From: Myxococcota bacterium
Lineage (GTDB): Bacteria; Myxococcota_A; Polyangia; Polyangiales; Sandaracinaceae
Length of the DNA stretch: 64,000 nt
Direction of reading: 5' to 3'
NCBI GenBank assembly: GCA_036149055.1
Contig: JAYZQJ010000182.1
Location: 48,703 to 112,702 of the forward strand
A program made the translations under genes and the position numbers. Below are positions 11,362-23,233 of the stretch, one piece after another. Every line of letters begins with the position of its first letter. Position 1 is the stretch's first letter. The notes beneath the pieces were generated by a model. That model had not been told where the DNA came from and made no database searches. It saw only the letters and a program-made list of their open reading frames with translations.

Positions 11362-12659
11362 TCGACGAACCGGGGCGAGGGGCCGGCCGCGGCGACCGGC
11401 GCGCGACGGATCATGCGCCGCTTGCCGGTGGGCGCCTTCTCCAGCCGATCGACCCGGGCCACGGTGAGGGCGACGCCGGGGCAGCGCTCGGCGAAACGCG
11501 CGCGCACCGCCGGCTCGATCGCGCTCGGGTCGGGGCGGGAGGTCGCGAAGTCGAAACGCGCCTTGGCGCCGTCGAAGGTGATCGCGTACTGCTCGAGGCC
11601 GTCGATCCCGCCGTAGGGCTCGAGCAGCTCGCGCGGGGTGCGCCGGCCGCCGCCGGGCAGGTCGACCACGTCGGCCACCCTCCCCTCGATGCCCTCGATC
11701 ATCGGCAGCGTGCGGCCGCAGGCGCAGCGCCGGTCGGAGGCGACGACGAGGTCGCCGAGCTCGTAGCGCACGAGCGGCATCATGCGGTTGATCAGCCCGG
11801 TCACGACCGCGCGCCCGACCTCTCCCGGGCGGACCGGTCGGTCGTCGTCGTCGAGCACCTCGAGGATCACGCTGTCGGCGTCGACGTGGTAGCCGCGGCG
11901 CGCCGCGCACTCCCAGGCCATGCGGTTGAACTCGCTGGTGCCGTACTGGTCGTAGACCGGGGCGCCGACCCGCTCCTCGATGGCGGCGCGCATCGAGCGC
12001 GGGAGCAGCTCGGCGTGGCTGACGATGCCCCGGGGCGCGGCGCGGCGGAGGCGGTCGCCGAAGCGCTGCGCCAGCGGGTAGAGGCTCGTGGGGTGGTAGT
12101 ACCACCAGATGCCGGGGTTCTGCTCGAGGATGAGGAGCTGGCTCTCCTCGTCGAGGTGCGCGGGCACGCCGACCTTGAGCATCAGCCCCGCCCGCGACAC
12201 GCCGCGGCGAGGCAGCGGCGCGCCCCAGAAGTAGGCGAGCGAGATGCGCGGGTCGTAGCCGACGGCGTGCAGCGCCCGGAAGTAGAAGCCGTCGAGCCGC
12301 GCCCAGGAGGCGGGGTCGGCGTGCACCTCGAGCGGGGGCCCCCCCGACGAGCCGCCCGAGCGGCGGATGTGCGCGCGGCGCTGGTGGAACAGGGGCAGGT
12401 GCGGGCGCGCCACCAGCGACTCCGGCGCCTCCTCGAGGACCCGCCGGTCGGGGATCGGGAAGCGCGCGAGATCCTCGAGGCGCTCGACGTCCTCCGCGCG
12501 CACCCCGGCGTCGGCCCAGAGGCGCCGGTAGAATGGCACGTGATGCTGACAGTGCGCGAGCACCCGCTTCAGCCGCGCGAGGCGCAGCGCCCGGAGCGCG
12601 TCCGGCGGCAGCCACTGCGCGCCGAGCGCGCTGCCGACCCAGTAGAGAGAGCGCAGCAT
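11358..12659 (-). CDS. phenylacetate-CoA ligase/CapK-like adenylate-forming enzyme
   Basis: HVPFYR, SGGSSGGP (degenerate P-loop), YDQYGTSE, MPLVRYELGD, CACGR, GR.AD, TGK. Confidence 0.8.
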   Translation of the reverse strand: MLRSLYWVGSALGAQWLPPDALRALRLARLKRVLAHCQHHVPFYRRLWADAGVRAEDVERLEDLARFPIPDRRVLEEAPESLVARPHLPLFHQRRAHIRRSGGSSGGPPLEVHADPASWARLDGFYFRALHAVGYDPRISLAYFWGAPLPRRGVSRAGLMLKVGVPAHLDEESQLLILEQNPGIWWYYHPTSLYPLAQRFGDRLRRAAPRGIVSHAELLPRSMRAAIEERVGAPVYDQYGTSEFNRMAWECAARRGYHVDADSVILEVLDDDDRPVRPGEVGRAVVTGLINRMMPLVRYELGDLVVASDRRCACGRTLPMIEGIEGRVADVVDLPGGGRRTPRELLEPYGGIDGLEQYAITFDGAKARFDFATSRPDPSAIEPAVRARFAERCPGVALTVARVDRLEKAPTGKRRMIRRAPVAAAGPSPRFVE

Positions 12660-12759
12660 GAGCCCACCGGGATCTTGGGCCGAGCGCGTTCCCCCGTCGA
12701 GTGACGCCTCGCCCGGATTTGGTCGTCCGGGACCCGGCCCCGGAAGGTAGTCTCCCCGC

Positions 12760-14199
12760 ATGACCGACCTGACCCTCCGCTTCCACTCCGACGCCGACAT
12801 CGTGGCCGATCAGGTCGTGCTCACCGGCCTCGAGGGCCGCGAGGCGCTGGGCGCGCCGTACGCCTACGAGCTCTCGCTCGAGGTCCGGGCCGACAGCGGG
12901 TGGAGCGAGGCGGTCATCACCGAGCTCCTGACCAAGCCGGCGCACGTCACCATCGCCCACGGCGAGCTGGGCGAGCACGAGCTCCACGGGGTGCTGCGCC
13001 GGATCACGCTCGAGCCGATGCTCGAGCCGGACCGCGCCCTCTACCGCGCGACCCTGGTGCCCTCGCTCGCGCGCCTCGAGCTGGCCTCCGGCTCGCGCAT
13101 CTTCCAGGACCTCAGCGGGCCGGACGTGGCGATGAAGGTCCTCGCCCAGCACGGGATCACCTTCGAGGCGCGGCTGAGCGAGACCTACCCGGCGCGCGAG
13201 TACATCGTGCAGTACGAGGAGAGCGACCTCGCGTTCGTGCAGCGCCTGCTCGAGCACTGGGGCGTGACCTTCTTCTTCGAGCAGCTGCCCGACGGCGAGA
13301 AGATGGTGCTCGTCGACTCGGCCTCCGCCTACCTCGCGCTCGAGGGCTGGGAGACGGTGCCCTACGCGCTGCGGGAGGCTGGCTCGCGGGCCCAGGCGGG
13401 CACCATTCACGATCTCTCGCGGACCCGCGAGGTGCGGCCGGCCAAGGTCGACCTCAAGGACTGGAACTGGCGCCACCCGCAGGTCGTGCCGGAGGGCGAG
13501 GCCGACGCGGACGTCGAGGCGGGCGAGGGGACCGTCCATGCCTACGGCGAGCACATCAAGGACCCGGCCGAGGGGGCGTGGCTCGCGCGGGTGCGGGCCG
13601 AGGCGCTGATGGCCGACGCGGTGCGCTACCGGGGCGGCACCGACCTGCCGGCGCTCTCCCCCGGGCACAAGCTCCTGCTCAGCGGCTACCCGAGCGGTGA
13701 CCTCGACATCGACTACCTGATCGTGGCGGTGGAGCAGCGCTTCCCCGACGCGGAGGGCGGCTACGAGAAGCGCTTCGAGGCGATGCCGCTCGAGGTGCCC
13801 TTCCGCCCGCGGCGCGTCACGCCCAGGCCGCGCATCTCGGGCTTCATGCACGCGGTGGTCGACGGCGAAGTGGACGGCGCGGCCGCGCCGATCGACGAGC
13901 ACGGCCGCTACAAGCTCCTGTTGCCCTTCGACCGGCTGGCCGAGCCGGGCGGCCGAGCCTCGCGCTGGGTCCGCATGTCGCAGGCGTCGAGCGGCCCGGA
14001 CTACGGCATGCACCTGCCGCTGCACATCGGCTGCGAGGTCGCGCTGATCCACGTGGACGGCGATCCCGACCGCCCGGTGATCCTCGGCGCGGTGCCCAAC
14101 GCCGACACGATGAGCCCGGTCACCCAGCTCGACGCGACCAAGAGCCGCATCCGGACCCGGAGCGGCATCCTCGTCGAGATGGAGGACGCCGGCGAGTGA
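12760..14199 (+). CDS. vgrG: VgrG/TssI-like protein (gp27 hub + gp5 OB-fold only, no beta-helix)
   Basis: GREAL, SRIFQD, REYIVQYEESDLAFVQRLLEHWG, DEHGRYK, SRWVRMSQ, GMHLPL.IGCEV, DGDPDRPVI; ends RTRSGILVEMEDAGE. Confidence 0.9.
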   Translation: MTDLTLRFHSDADIVADQVVLTGLEGREALGAPYAYELSLEVRADSGWSEAVITELLTKPAHVTIAHGELGEHELHGVLRRITLEPMLEPDRALYRATLVPSLARLELASGSRIFQDLSGPDVAMKVLAQHGITFEARLSETYPAREYIVQYEESDLAFVQRLLEHWGVTFFFEQLPDGEKMVLVDSASAYLALEGWETVPYALREAGSRAQAGTIHDLSRTREVRPAKVDLKDWNWRHPQVVPEGEADADVEAGEGTVHAYGEHIKDPAEGAWLARVRAEALMADAVRYRGGTDLPALSPGHKLLLSGYPSGDLDIDYLIVAVEQRFPDAEGGYEKRFEAMPLEVPFRPRRVTPRPRISGFMHAVVDGEVDGAAAPIDEHGRYKLLLPFDRLAEPGGRASRWVRMSQASSGPDYGMHLPLHIGCEVALIHVDGDPDRPVILGAVPNADTMSPVTQLDATKSRIRTRSGILVEMEDAGE

Positions 14200-16122
14200 T
14201 CAGCTGAAGGACCAGTTGCCCTTGGCGGTGATCTTCGCCGCGGCCAGCCCGAGCTCCGACGCGCCCTGCTTCATCTTGATCTGCGTGCCCGACGCCTCGA
14301 GCGTCGCCGCGGCCGCGGTCAGCTCCGCCTTGCCCGCGCTCAGCTCGAGGGACGCGGTCGGCGCGCCGACGCTGACCGTGTTGGTCGCGGTGATCGAGAT
14401 GCCGGCGGTCGGGCTGAGCACGAGCTGCTGCGGGCCCGCCTTGAGCTTGATGACGCCGAGGGCGTCGATGGAGATCTCGCTCGCGCCCAGCGTGATCGTG
14501 TAACCGGTCACCGCCTCGTGCTCGACCGAGACCGCGCCGAGCGACATGGACTGCGTGATCGGGGTCGTCAGCGCGACGCCCGCGCTGCTGCCGATCGTGA
14601 TGTCGCCGCCGTGCACGGTGACCGCGCCGCCGAGCCCGTGCGCGTTGGTCGACGCCTCGATCGCGACCTTGCCGCCGCTGGAGCTCGAGGCGTGCACGTT
14701 GATCTCGGACCCGGCGTTGAGGTTCACGTTGCCGGTGGACCCGGTGATGTTGACGTCGTCGATCGCCCAGATCGTCGCGTCGATGACGGCGAACATCGTC
14801 GGGTAGAGCGAGATGAGGCCGATGCCACCGACGCCGTAGATGGCGGTGTACGCCGGGCTGAAGATCGAGACGCCGGCGGCGCCGAAGATCGTCGCGCCGG
14901 GCAGCGCGCCCGCGGCGCCGCAGATCCCGACGATGGGGGCGCCGGCGGCGACGATGCTGCCGAAGATCTCGAGGCCGCGCTTGCCGTACCCCGAGGAGTC
15001 CCAGTCGTCCTTGGTGCTCTTGATCGCGTCGACGGCGAGGCCCACGCCGACCGCGATGTCGAGCGCGGTGAAGATGGTGGCCATCGTGTCGATGACCGCC
15101 GTGTCGGGCGCCTTGGCGATCCCGCTCCCCGACCCATCCAGCGGCAGACCGGCGGTGACGACCACGCCGCCTTCACCGGAGAGGTAGCTGGTGCCCCGCG
15201 AGCTGAGGATCGACGAGCCCGAGCCGTTGTTGTGGAGCCACACGTGGCTGTCGTCGTCGCTGCCGCCGTCCGACCAGAGGACGATGTCGTCGCCGGCCTT
15301 GCCGAAGAGCCTCCCGCTCCGCGCGTGGAGGTAGACGTTGGAGTCGGTGTCGAGGCCGCAGCCGTCGATGTAGGTCTGGAGCGAGGAGTCGGAGACGCCG
15401 CGCCCGAGGTAGAGGCGCGAGGTGTCGTACGGGACCTCGACCTTGTACCGGGTCGAGCCCGCGGTGTCGCTGGTGCTGGTGTACTGGGTGGCGTCGGCCG
15501 CGGCGTCGGCGGTGGCCTGCGCGCTCGCCGCCGCCTCGAGCGCCTCGGCGTCGGAGTCCTCGATCCCGGTGCCGCTGAGCGTCACCGTCTCGCTGCCGAT
15601 CGCGAGCGACGCCGAGTAGGCGGTCGCGGCGGTGGGATCGAAGCGCACGAAGAGCTGCTGGGGGATGCCCGTCGACGGGAGCTGCGTGGGGTCCACCGTG
15701 AACGGCGCCGCCGGGCTCAGCGTCAGGCTCGCCCCGGTCGAGTTCGTGACCGAGAGCGTCGTCACGCCGGTCGCGCCGACCAGCACCGAGCCGAAGTCGA
15801 GGCTCGACGCGCCGACGCTGAGCGAGGCGGTGGTGGTGCCCGAGAGGCTCGCGCTCGCCACCACCGTGGACGTGCCCTGCTCGACGAGCTCCAGCGTGCC
15901 GCGGTGCTCGCCTTCGGAGGAGGCCGCGTATTCGACGTACACGGTGGCGCTCTCGCACGGCGCCACGGTCACTTCGGCGAGCAGCGCGAAGCCGTCCCCC
16001 GTCACGCGCGCCGAGACCGGGGGCCCGCCGGCTTCGTTCGTGGCGACGAGCTGCGCGACGGCGCTCGTCCCGAGCGGGACCGGGCCCAGGGTGGCGGACG
16101 ACGGCGAGAGGGAGGCGCTCAT
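14200..16122 (-). CDS. two ASH/choice-of-anchor-D-like Ig domains + hydrophobic segment + gp5-like beta-strand repeats
   Basis: LGPVPLG and LDFGSVLVG...N..G...VRFDPT Ig motifs; NVYLHA; C-terminal repeats of [VI]x[IL]xA/G. Confidence 0.65.
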   Translation of the reverse strand: MSASLSPSSATLGPVPLGTSAVAQLVATNEAGGPPVSARVTGDGFALLAEVTVAPCESATVYVEYAASSEGEHRGTLELVEQGTSTVVASASLSGTTTASLSVGASSLDFGSVLVGATGVTTLSVTNSTGASLTLSPAAPFTVDPTQLPSTGIPQQLFVRFDPTAATAYSASLAIGSETVTLSGTGIEDSDAEALEAAASAQATADAAADATQYTSTSDTAGSTRYKVEVPYDTSRLYLGRGVSDSSLQTYIDGCGLDTDSNVYLHARSGRLFGKAGDDIVLWSDGGSDDDSHVWLHNNGSGSSILSSRGTSYLSGEGGVVVTAGLPLDGSGSGIAKAPDTAVIDTMATIFTALDIAVGVGLAVDAIKSTKDDWDSSGYGKRGLEIFGSIVAAGAPIVGICGAAGALPGATIFGAAGVSIFSPAYTAIYGVGGIGLISLYPTMFAVIDATIWAIDDVNITGSTGNVNLNAGSEINVHASSSSGGKVAIEASTNAHGLGGAVTVHGGDITIGSSAGVALTTPITQSMSLGAVSVEHEAVTGYTITLGASEISIDALGVIKLKAGPQQLVLSPTAGISITATNTVSVGAPTASLELSAGKAELTAAAATLEASGTQIKMKQGASELGLAAAKITAKGNWSFS

Positions 16123-16183
16123 GGCGGAGAGAGTACCGGTCGAGCCGGCTCTCGTGGGCGGGGATCTCTGCTAGCTTCGCGCC

Positions 16184-16609
16184 ATGCCCGACATGCCCCC
16201 GCTCCCGGAGTCGCAGATCGAGAAGCTGCAGGCGATGGCCGCCGCCGCGAAGGAGGACGGCGCCTCCGAGCCGCGCGCGCTCCCGATCGACTGGTCGACC
16301 GAGCCGGCCCCGGTCGCCGCGAACGGCGTGCAGGTGCTCGGCAGCCCCACCCAGATGGCGCTGATCTTCACCGACATGGTGCCCTTCCCCGGGCGGCTCG
16401 CGAAGGACGACGTGGTCGGCGAGGAGCGCGCGCGCATCGTCGCGTCGCTGCGGCTGAACCCCGACGCCTACTTCCAGATGCTCTGCGCGATGGCGAACAA
16501 CTGGAACAAGTTCGCGCTCGAGAACATCGACCCCCGCATGCGGCAGCCGCGCTTCAAGCTGATCGATGGCGGCGACACGCAGCTCTACGGGATGAAAAAA
16601 GAGGAGTGA
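16184..16609 (+). CDS. DUF3467-like small protein
   Basis: AANGVQV..SPTQMALIF...ARIVASLRLNP pattern. Confidence 0.5.
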   Translation: MPDMPPLPESQIEKLQAMAAAAKEDGASEPRALPIDWSTEPAPVAANGVQVLGSPTQMALIFTDMVPFPGRLAKDDVVGEERARIVASLRLNPDAYFQMLCAMANNWNKFALENIDPRMRQPRFKLIDGGDTQLYGMKKEE

Positions 16610-16729
16610 CGGGGGAGATCTCGGGGCGGCCCGCGTAGCCGCCCTCCGCCGCCACGCGGGCGTGTGCGTCGTGACGCGCGCGCTCCCCGCCGCGCCCCGA
16701 GATCGTTCGGGTTCTCGGGCCGGCTCGGG

Positions 16730-16745
16730 TGGCACGCGCGCTGCG
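16730..16745 (+). promoter_or_regulatory. sigma54 promoter
   Basis: TGGCACGCGCGCTGCG. Confidence 0.6.
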
Positions 16746-16758
16746 ATGCAGGGGGGAC

Positions 16759-18324
16759 ATGCCCCGCCTCGCCGCCCTCCTCGCCCTCTCCCTCGCCGCC
16801 TGCGGCGCCCCGATCGAGCACGAGCCGTACGAGCCGCCGGCCGTCGAGCCGACCGCCGACGCCGGCGCTCCTCGCCCGGACGCCCGGACCGAGACCGCGG
16901 CGAGCCCGGCGCCCGAGCCGGCGCCGACCTGCGAGGCCCGGATCGAGGCGCGCGGGCTCGAGGCGCCGAGCGAGGCCCACGCGCGCTTCGTGCGCGGCCT
17001 GCCCGAGATCGTGGTGCACGGCCGGGTCACCCCGGTGCTCTTCCTCCGCTGGCCGGACGAGGCGCCGCGCGGGGACACGGCCCGGGTCGCGCGTGAGGCG
17101 ATCGAGCGCTCGCGCCGCCCCCACCGGGCCGTGCGGGCGCTCCTCGAGGCCCACGCCGGCGACCGGGCGTTCCTGCGCGAGGTGCTGCTCTCGGACGGCT
17201 ACCTCTTCGCGCGCCGGCCCGACGTCGCCCGCGCGCTGTCGGCCGAGGTGGATCTCGAGACGCTCTTCGACGCGCCCCGGATCGTGCGCGAGCGGGACGG
17301 CCAGCTGGAGTCCCTGACCCGCGGCGACGACGGCTACCTCGACCCCGAGGGCGCGCCCGCCCGCCTGCGGCTCCACGACCGGGTCGGCGTGGAGCTCCCG
17401 GACGCGCCCCTCGGGATCGCGCTCGAGCCGGTCCGCGCCCAGACCGGCGCGCTCCGCACCCTGCCGCTGGCGCTCGGCGAGGACGCGGCGGCGCTGACGC
17501 TCGTCTTCCCCGACGGGACCCGGCGCCCGGCGCTGGTCGAGCTCACCGAGGGGCGGACCGAGGTCGCCTGCGTCGGTGGAGACCTCGACACCCTGCAGGA
17601 GACGGTGGCCCACGCCGCGCGCTTCCGGACCCGGCACGCGCGGATCACCGCGGCGGCTCGCCTGATGGCCTCGCAGCGGGTGCGCTTCGACGAGCCGATC
17701 GGCGAGCCCGAGGGGGTGCAGGAGGACGGCCGGCTCCGCCAGGCGTGGTGGCAGGCCTACCGGGCCGGGCGCACCGAGTACGTCTACCGCGACGTCACCT
17801 ACCCGGTCTTCGCCGACGACGGCGAGGCGCGCCCCCCGCAGGTCTGCATCGACTTCGTGCTCGACGCCTACGACCGCGCGCTCGACGCCTTCTACCGCCC
17901 GGCCGGCGAGGCCCCCGGCCGCGAGCCCGGCGGCTTCGCCGACGTGGAGGGGCTGCCCCGCCGCAACGTCTCGGAGCTGATCCGGCACTCGGCGACCGAC
18001 GCCCGCGTCTTCGACCGCTGGGACGTGCCGCGGCGGGACCGCGTGTCGCTCTCCGAGGGCCGCGCCTACGCGCGCGCCGCCGGCCGCTGGGCGGAGGAGG
18101 TCCGGGAAGGCGACCTGCTCGTGATCCACGGGCTGCGCCTCCAGGACGGGCGGCTGCACAACCACGCGATCCTCGTGCTCCGCACCGAGCCGATCACCGG
18201 CGTGCCGATGGTGGTGGCCGACAACCAGGGCCGGGCGCACCTCCGCTCGCTGGTCGGGGCGATGCGCGCGGCTCCGCTCCGCGCCGTGAAGCAGCGCCTC
18301 CGCCCCCGCTTCGACCTCCTCTGA
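16759..18324 (+). CDS. hypothetical lipoprotein
   Basis: lipobox LAAC; Pro-rich linker; QVCIDF and NHAIL suggest a possible Cys/His papain-like fold (inference). Confidence 0.65.
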   Translation: MPRLAALLALSLAACGAPIEHEPYEPPAVEPTADAGAPRPDARTETAASPAPEPAPTCEARIEARGLEAPSEAHARFVRGLPEIVVHGRVTPVLFLRWPDEAPRGDTARVAREAIERSRRPHRAVRALLEAHAGDRAFLREVLLSDGYLFARRPDVARALSAEVDLETLFDAPRIVRERDGQLESLTRGDDGYLDPEGAPARLRLHDRVGVELPDAPLGIALEPVRAQTGALRTLPLALGEDAAALTLVFPDGTRRPALVELTEGRTEVACVGGDLDTLQETVAHAARFRTRHARITAAARLMASQRVRFDEPIGEPEGVQEDGRLRQAWWQAYRAGRTEYVYRDVTYPVFADDGEARPPQVCIDFVLDAYDRALDAFYRPAGEAPGREPGGFADVEGLPRRNVSELIRHSATDARVFDRWDVPRRDRVSLSEGRAYARAAGRWAEEVREGDLLVIHGLRLQDGRLHNHAILVLRTEPITGVPMVVADNQGRAHLRSLVGAMRAAPLRAVKQRLRPRFDLL

Positions 18325-18371
18325 GCGTCGATTCCCGGCAACCGGCGACGCGGCGGGTTATCCTGCGCGCC

Positions 18372-20195
<1,824 letters not shown>

Positions 20196-20314
20196 GCGAG
20201 CGTAGGCGGAACCCGTCAGAGCCTGACATCGATGTCGCAGCTCCCGGACCAGAGTCGATCCGCGCTGACTGGAATCAACGCAGATCTGCCCCGATCTCGG
20301 GGATCCGGGGTGAG

Positions 20315-20330
20315 TGGCACCGCGATTGCA
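20315..20330 (+). promoter_or_regulatory. sigma54 promoter; palindrome GACATCGATGTC at 20225-20236 is a candidate enhancer
   Basis: TGGCACCGCGATTGCA, near consensus. Confidence 0.7.
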
Positions 20331-20342
20331 CTGAGGAGGCTC

Positions 20343-20906
20343 GTGACCCGAGCCGTTCTCGCGCTCGCGATGACCCCCGTGATGAGCAGCTGCGTACTCC
20401 TCAGCCCCCCGAACTACGACGACCCGCCCGACCTGCCTTCCCAGGTGTTCGGGCGCGGCGAGAGTCAGATGAGCGACATCGGGCGCATCGACCTCGACCT
20501 CGCGGGCGGCGGCGGCGGCGACGCGGGCGAGGGCAACGAGGTCCGGCTCGAGGCGCTGGTGGTCGACCTGAACGTGACCCAGCCGCTCGTGGGCCAGGTC
20601 TTCCTGAACTACCGGCGCGACTCCGACCAGAACCTGCCTCTCGTCGAGGACCTGCCCATCCCGGTGTCGGGCGAGCGCGAGCGCTTCGTCAGCTTCTCCA
20701 TCCCGCGCACCGAGCCCCGGCTCGAGGCCGGCCAGTGCTTCTCGGTGGAGCTGCACGTCGCGGCCCGCTTCGAGGGGCGCCGCAACCCGCGCCCGCCGGA
20801 GGGCGTGCCGCTCGCGGTCGGCCGCTGGTTCATCGAGGTCGTGAACTCCGAGACCCTCAGCGCTCCCGCGGGCACCTGCGGCGAGGGGAGGTTCGGAGAC
20901 CCGTGA
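20343..20906 (+). CDS. hypothetical lipoprotein
   Basis: GTG start; signal ending MSSC. Confidence 0.65.
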   Translation: MTRAVLALAMTPVMSSCVLLSPPNYDDPPDLPSQVFGRGESQMSDIGRIDLDLAGGGGGDAGEGNEVRLEALVVDLNVTQPLVGQVFLNYRRDSDQNLPLVEDLPIPVSGERERFVSFSIPRTEPRLEAGQCFSVELHVAARFEGRRNPRPPEGVPLAVGRWFIEVVNSETLSAPAGTCGEGRFGDP

Positions 20907-22669
20907 GGCGCACGCTCTCCCAGGGCCTGCTCGGCCTCCTGCTGCTCGCCGGCGCCGGCGCCGGCTGCTCGGTCCTCGTGAGCGAGGGCCCGACGAACGT
21001 CTGCGGCTCGGACGCGGACTGCCCGAGCGGCGCCTGCGACGCCGACCGCGGCATGTGCGTGGCGACCCCGAGCCGCGCCTATCGGGTCGGCCTCGAGGTC
21101 TACCCGGCGGCCGACCCGTTCGGTGGCAGCGTGGTGCCGGTGAGCTTCGAGCCGTTCGAGCTCGAGGCGACGACCGAGCGCGAGCTGGAGCTGCCGCTCG
21201 GCACCTCGACGATGGGGCACGTGCGCGACACCTCGACCGGCGCGTCGGTGACCGCGAGCCTGCGCCTCACGATGGTCAGCGCCATCCCCGGCGGGCCCAG
21301 CTTCGCCGTCGACGTGCAGTCGGAGTCGGAGACGATGGAGGACCCCCGCCGCGACGGCGAGGTGGTCAACTTCGCCACCCAGATCCTGCCGGGGCGCCGC
21401 TACCAGCTGGTCGTGCAGCCCACCGCGGCGTGGGTCGCCAAGCGGCCGCCGATCCGCCCGGGCACCGAGTACATGAGCCCCGAGGCGGGCGTCGCGCGCA
21501 TCGACTTCCTCGCCTACCCCGACTTCTGCAGCACCCCCGAGCTGCTCGAGCCGCCGGAGGCCGGCTGCCTCGTCCGCGTCCGCGGCGTGGTCGTCGACGC
21601 CGAGGGCGCCGAGCAGGACGGCCTGCTGCTCCGCGCGGTGACCGCGGGCGGGCGCGTGCTCAGCTCGACGATGACCACCGGCGAGGATCCGGAGCTCGGC
21701 GCCGGCCGGTTCGACCTGGTGATGTTCCACCGCGACTGGGCGAGCAGCGACGGCTGGTTCCTCGAGATCACCCCGAGCGGTGAGCGGATCGCGGCCGACG
21801 GCCCGGCGCCGACCTTCACCGTCGACCCCGCCGGGCTCTTCGAGGACGCGGGCGTCGTGACCGTGCTGATGCCCACGCCGGCCGCCATCGTCACCTACGA
21901 GGGCTGGGTCGAGAGTCGCGCGGGCGTCCCGGTCGACGGCGCGTCCCTCCGGTTCACCTCCACCGACGTCGTCGACGACGCCACCGGGGTGGTGGGCCGC
22001 TTCTCGGCCACCGCGACCACCGAGGCCGGCCGCTACTCGGTCCGCCTCCTGCCCGGCACCTACGACGTGATCGTCACCCCGCCGGCCCGCGAGTCCGGCC
22101 TCGCCGTGCTCCGCGAGTCGGGCGTCGTCATCACCGGGCCCGAGGGCTCGACCACGCTGGCCGGGCAGCTCTTCGAGATCCCGGAGCGCGTGCCCTTCGG
22201 CGGCACGGTGCGGACCACCATCGGCGAGGGCATGCTCGACGCCCAGGTCCGGGCCACCCCGCGCGGCACGACCTTCGGCGATCCGCCGGTCGAGGTGGCC
22301 CGCTTCGCCCGATCCGCAACCACGTCGACCGACCTCGACGGCCGCTTCGCCCTGCCCCTGGACGTGGGCGTCTACGACCTCGTCGTGGAGCCGCCGGCGG
22401 GCAGCAACTTCCCCTGGCTGGTCCTCCCCGACAACCCCGTCCGCTCCGACGTGCCCGTCACGAACGTGTACGATCTCCAGAACCCGGTGCTGCTCAGCGG
22501 CACGGCGCGGTTCGCGGGCGAAGGCGAGATGATCCCGGTGAACGGCGGTGAGATCCGCGCCTACGCCGTGCTCGAGGGAGACGACGGGCGCGAGCGGGCG
22601 GTGCAGATCGGTCGGGCCTCGATCGATCCCGAAGGCCGCTACACGCTGCTCCTCCCGCCGTCGATCTGA
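20903..22669 (+). CDS. lipoprotein with Cys-rich motif and repeated carboxypeptidase-regulatory-like beta-sandwich domains
   Basis: lipobox GAGC; CGSDADCPSGACD; G.V...G...T...GRY/F...L.PG.YD repeats; GTGA overlap. Confidence 0.75.
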   Translation: MRRTLSQGLLGLLLLAGAGAGCSVLVSEGPTNVCGSDADCPSGACDADRGMCVATPSRAYRVGLEVYPAADPFGGSVVPVSFEPFELEATTERELELPLGTSTMGHVRDTSTGASVTASLRLTMVSAIPGGPSFAVDVQSESETMEDPRRDGEVVNFATQILPGRRYQLVVQPTAAWVAKRPPIRPGTEYMSPEAGVARIDFLAYPDFCSTPELLEPPEAGCLVRVRGVVVDAEGAEQDGLLLRAVTAGGRVLSSTMTTGEDPELGAGRFDLVMFHRDWASSDGWFLEITPSGERIAADGPAPTFTVDPAGLFEDAGVVTVLMPTPAAIVTYEGWVESRAGVPVDGASLRFTSTDVVDDATGVVGRFSATATTEAGRYSVRLLPGTYDVIVTPPARESGLAVLRESGVVITGPEGSTTLAGQLFEIPERVPFGGTVRTTIGEGMLDAQVRATPRGTTFGDPPVEVARFARSATTSTDLDGRFALPLDVGVYDLVVEPPAGSNFPWLVLPDNPVRSDVPVTNVYDLQNPVLLSGTARFAGEGEMIPVNGGEIRAYAVLEGDDGRERAVQIGRASIDPEGRYTLLLPPSI

Positions 22670-22781
22670 GGCTCGCCGCCCCGACGACGGAAGCGGCTGA
22701 TTCCGGCCGCTTAGCCGATATCTGGGGTGCGAAGCAGCCGAATTCCCGGAAACCCGGGCGAATTTCTTCCTGCTTCCTACT

Positions 22782-22807
22782 TGTAACCGACGCGGGGATG
22801 TGGCGTA
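22782..22807 (+). promoter_or_regulatory. candidate ECF-type promoter upstream of the RiPP precursor
   Basis: TGTAAC-N16-CGTA. Confidence 0.4.
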
Positions 22808-22902
22808 GAATGCGCGTCGACCTCAAAGTCGGTCGCCGCTGACGAGATGTCCTCGGGCGCGACCCATTCGAACAGAGAACTGTTGTTCGGGGAGAATTTG
22901 GA

Positions 22903-23193
22903 ATGAACACGAAGCTCAAGACCCAGCTGGTGGCGATTGCGGCTGCTTCTCTCGGTCTCGCGGCCTACGGCTGCGGTGGCGGCGACGCCGAGGCGGGTGG
23001 CGACACCGGCGGCGAAGAGGCCACCGGTGGTGGCGAGGCGTCCTGCTCGGGTGCCGGCGAGGCGTCCTGCTCGGGCGCTGGCGAGGCCTCCTGCTCCGGC
23101 GCCACCGAGGGTGGCGAGGACATGGGCGCCGAGGGTGACGAGGCTGGCGGCGAGGCGTCCTGTGGCGCTGGCAGCTGCGGCGCGGCCGAGTGA
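22903..23193 (+). CDS. putative MNIO RiPP precursor: lipoprotein with (GEASCSGA)x3 + EASCGAGSCG
   Basis: lipobox AYGC; 24-bp tandem repeats at 23032-23103; directly upstream of DUF692/DUF2063. Confidence 0.8.
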   Translation: MNTKLKTQLVAIAAASLGLAAYGCGGGDAEAGGDTGGEEATGGGEASCSGAGEASCSGAGEASCSGATEGGEDMGAEGDEAGGEASCGAGSCGAAE

Positions 23194-23233
23194 TCTGAGC
23201 CCCATCTCTCGCGCGATCACCGCGTGAGGCTCG

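Noticed and set aside
12760..16609. Complete T6SS, eCIS or prophage
   Set aside because: No sheath, tube, baseplate, PAAR or other phage genes in the window
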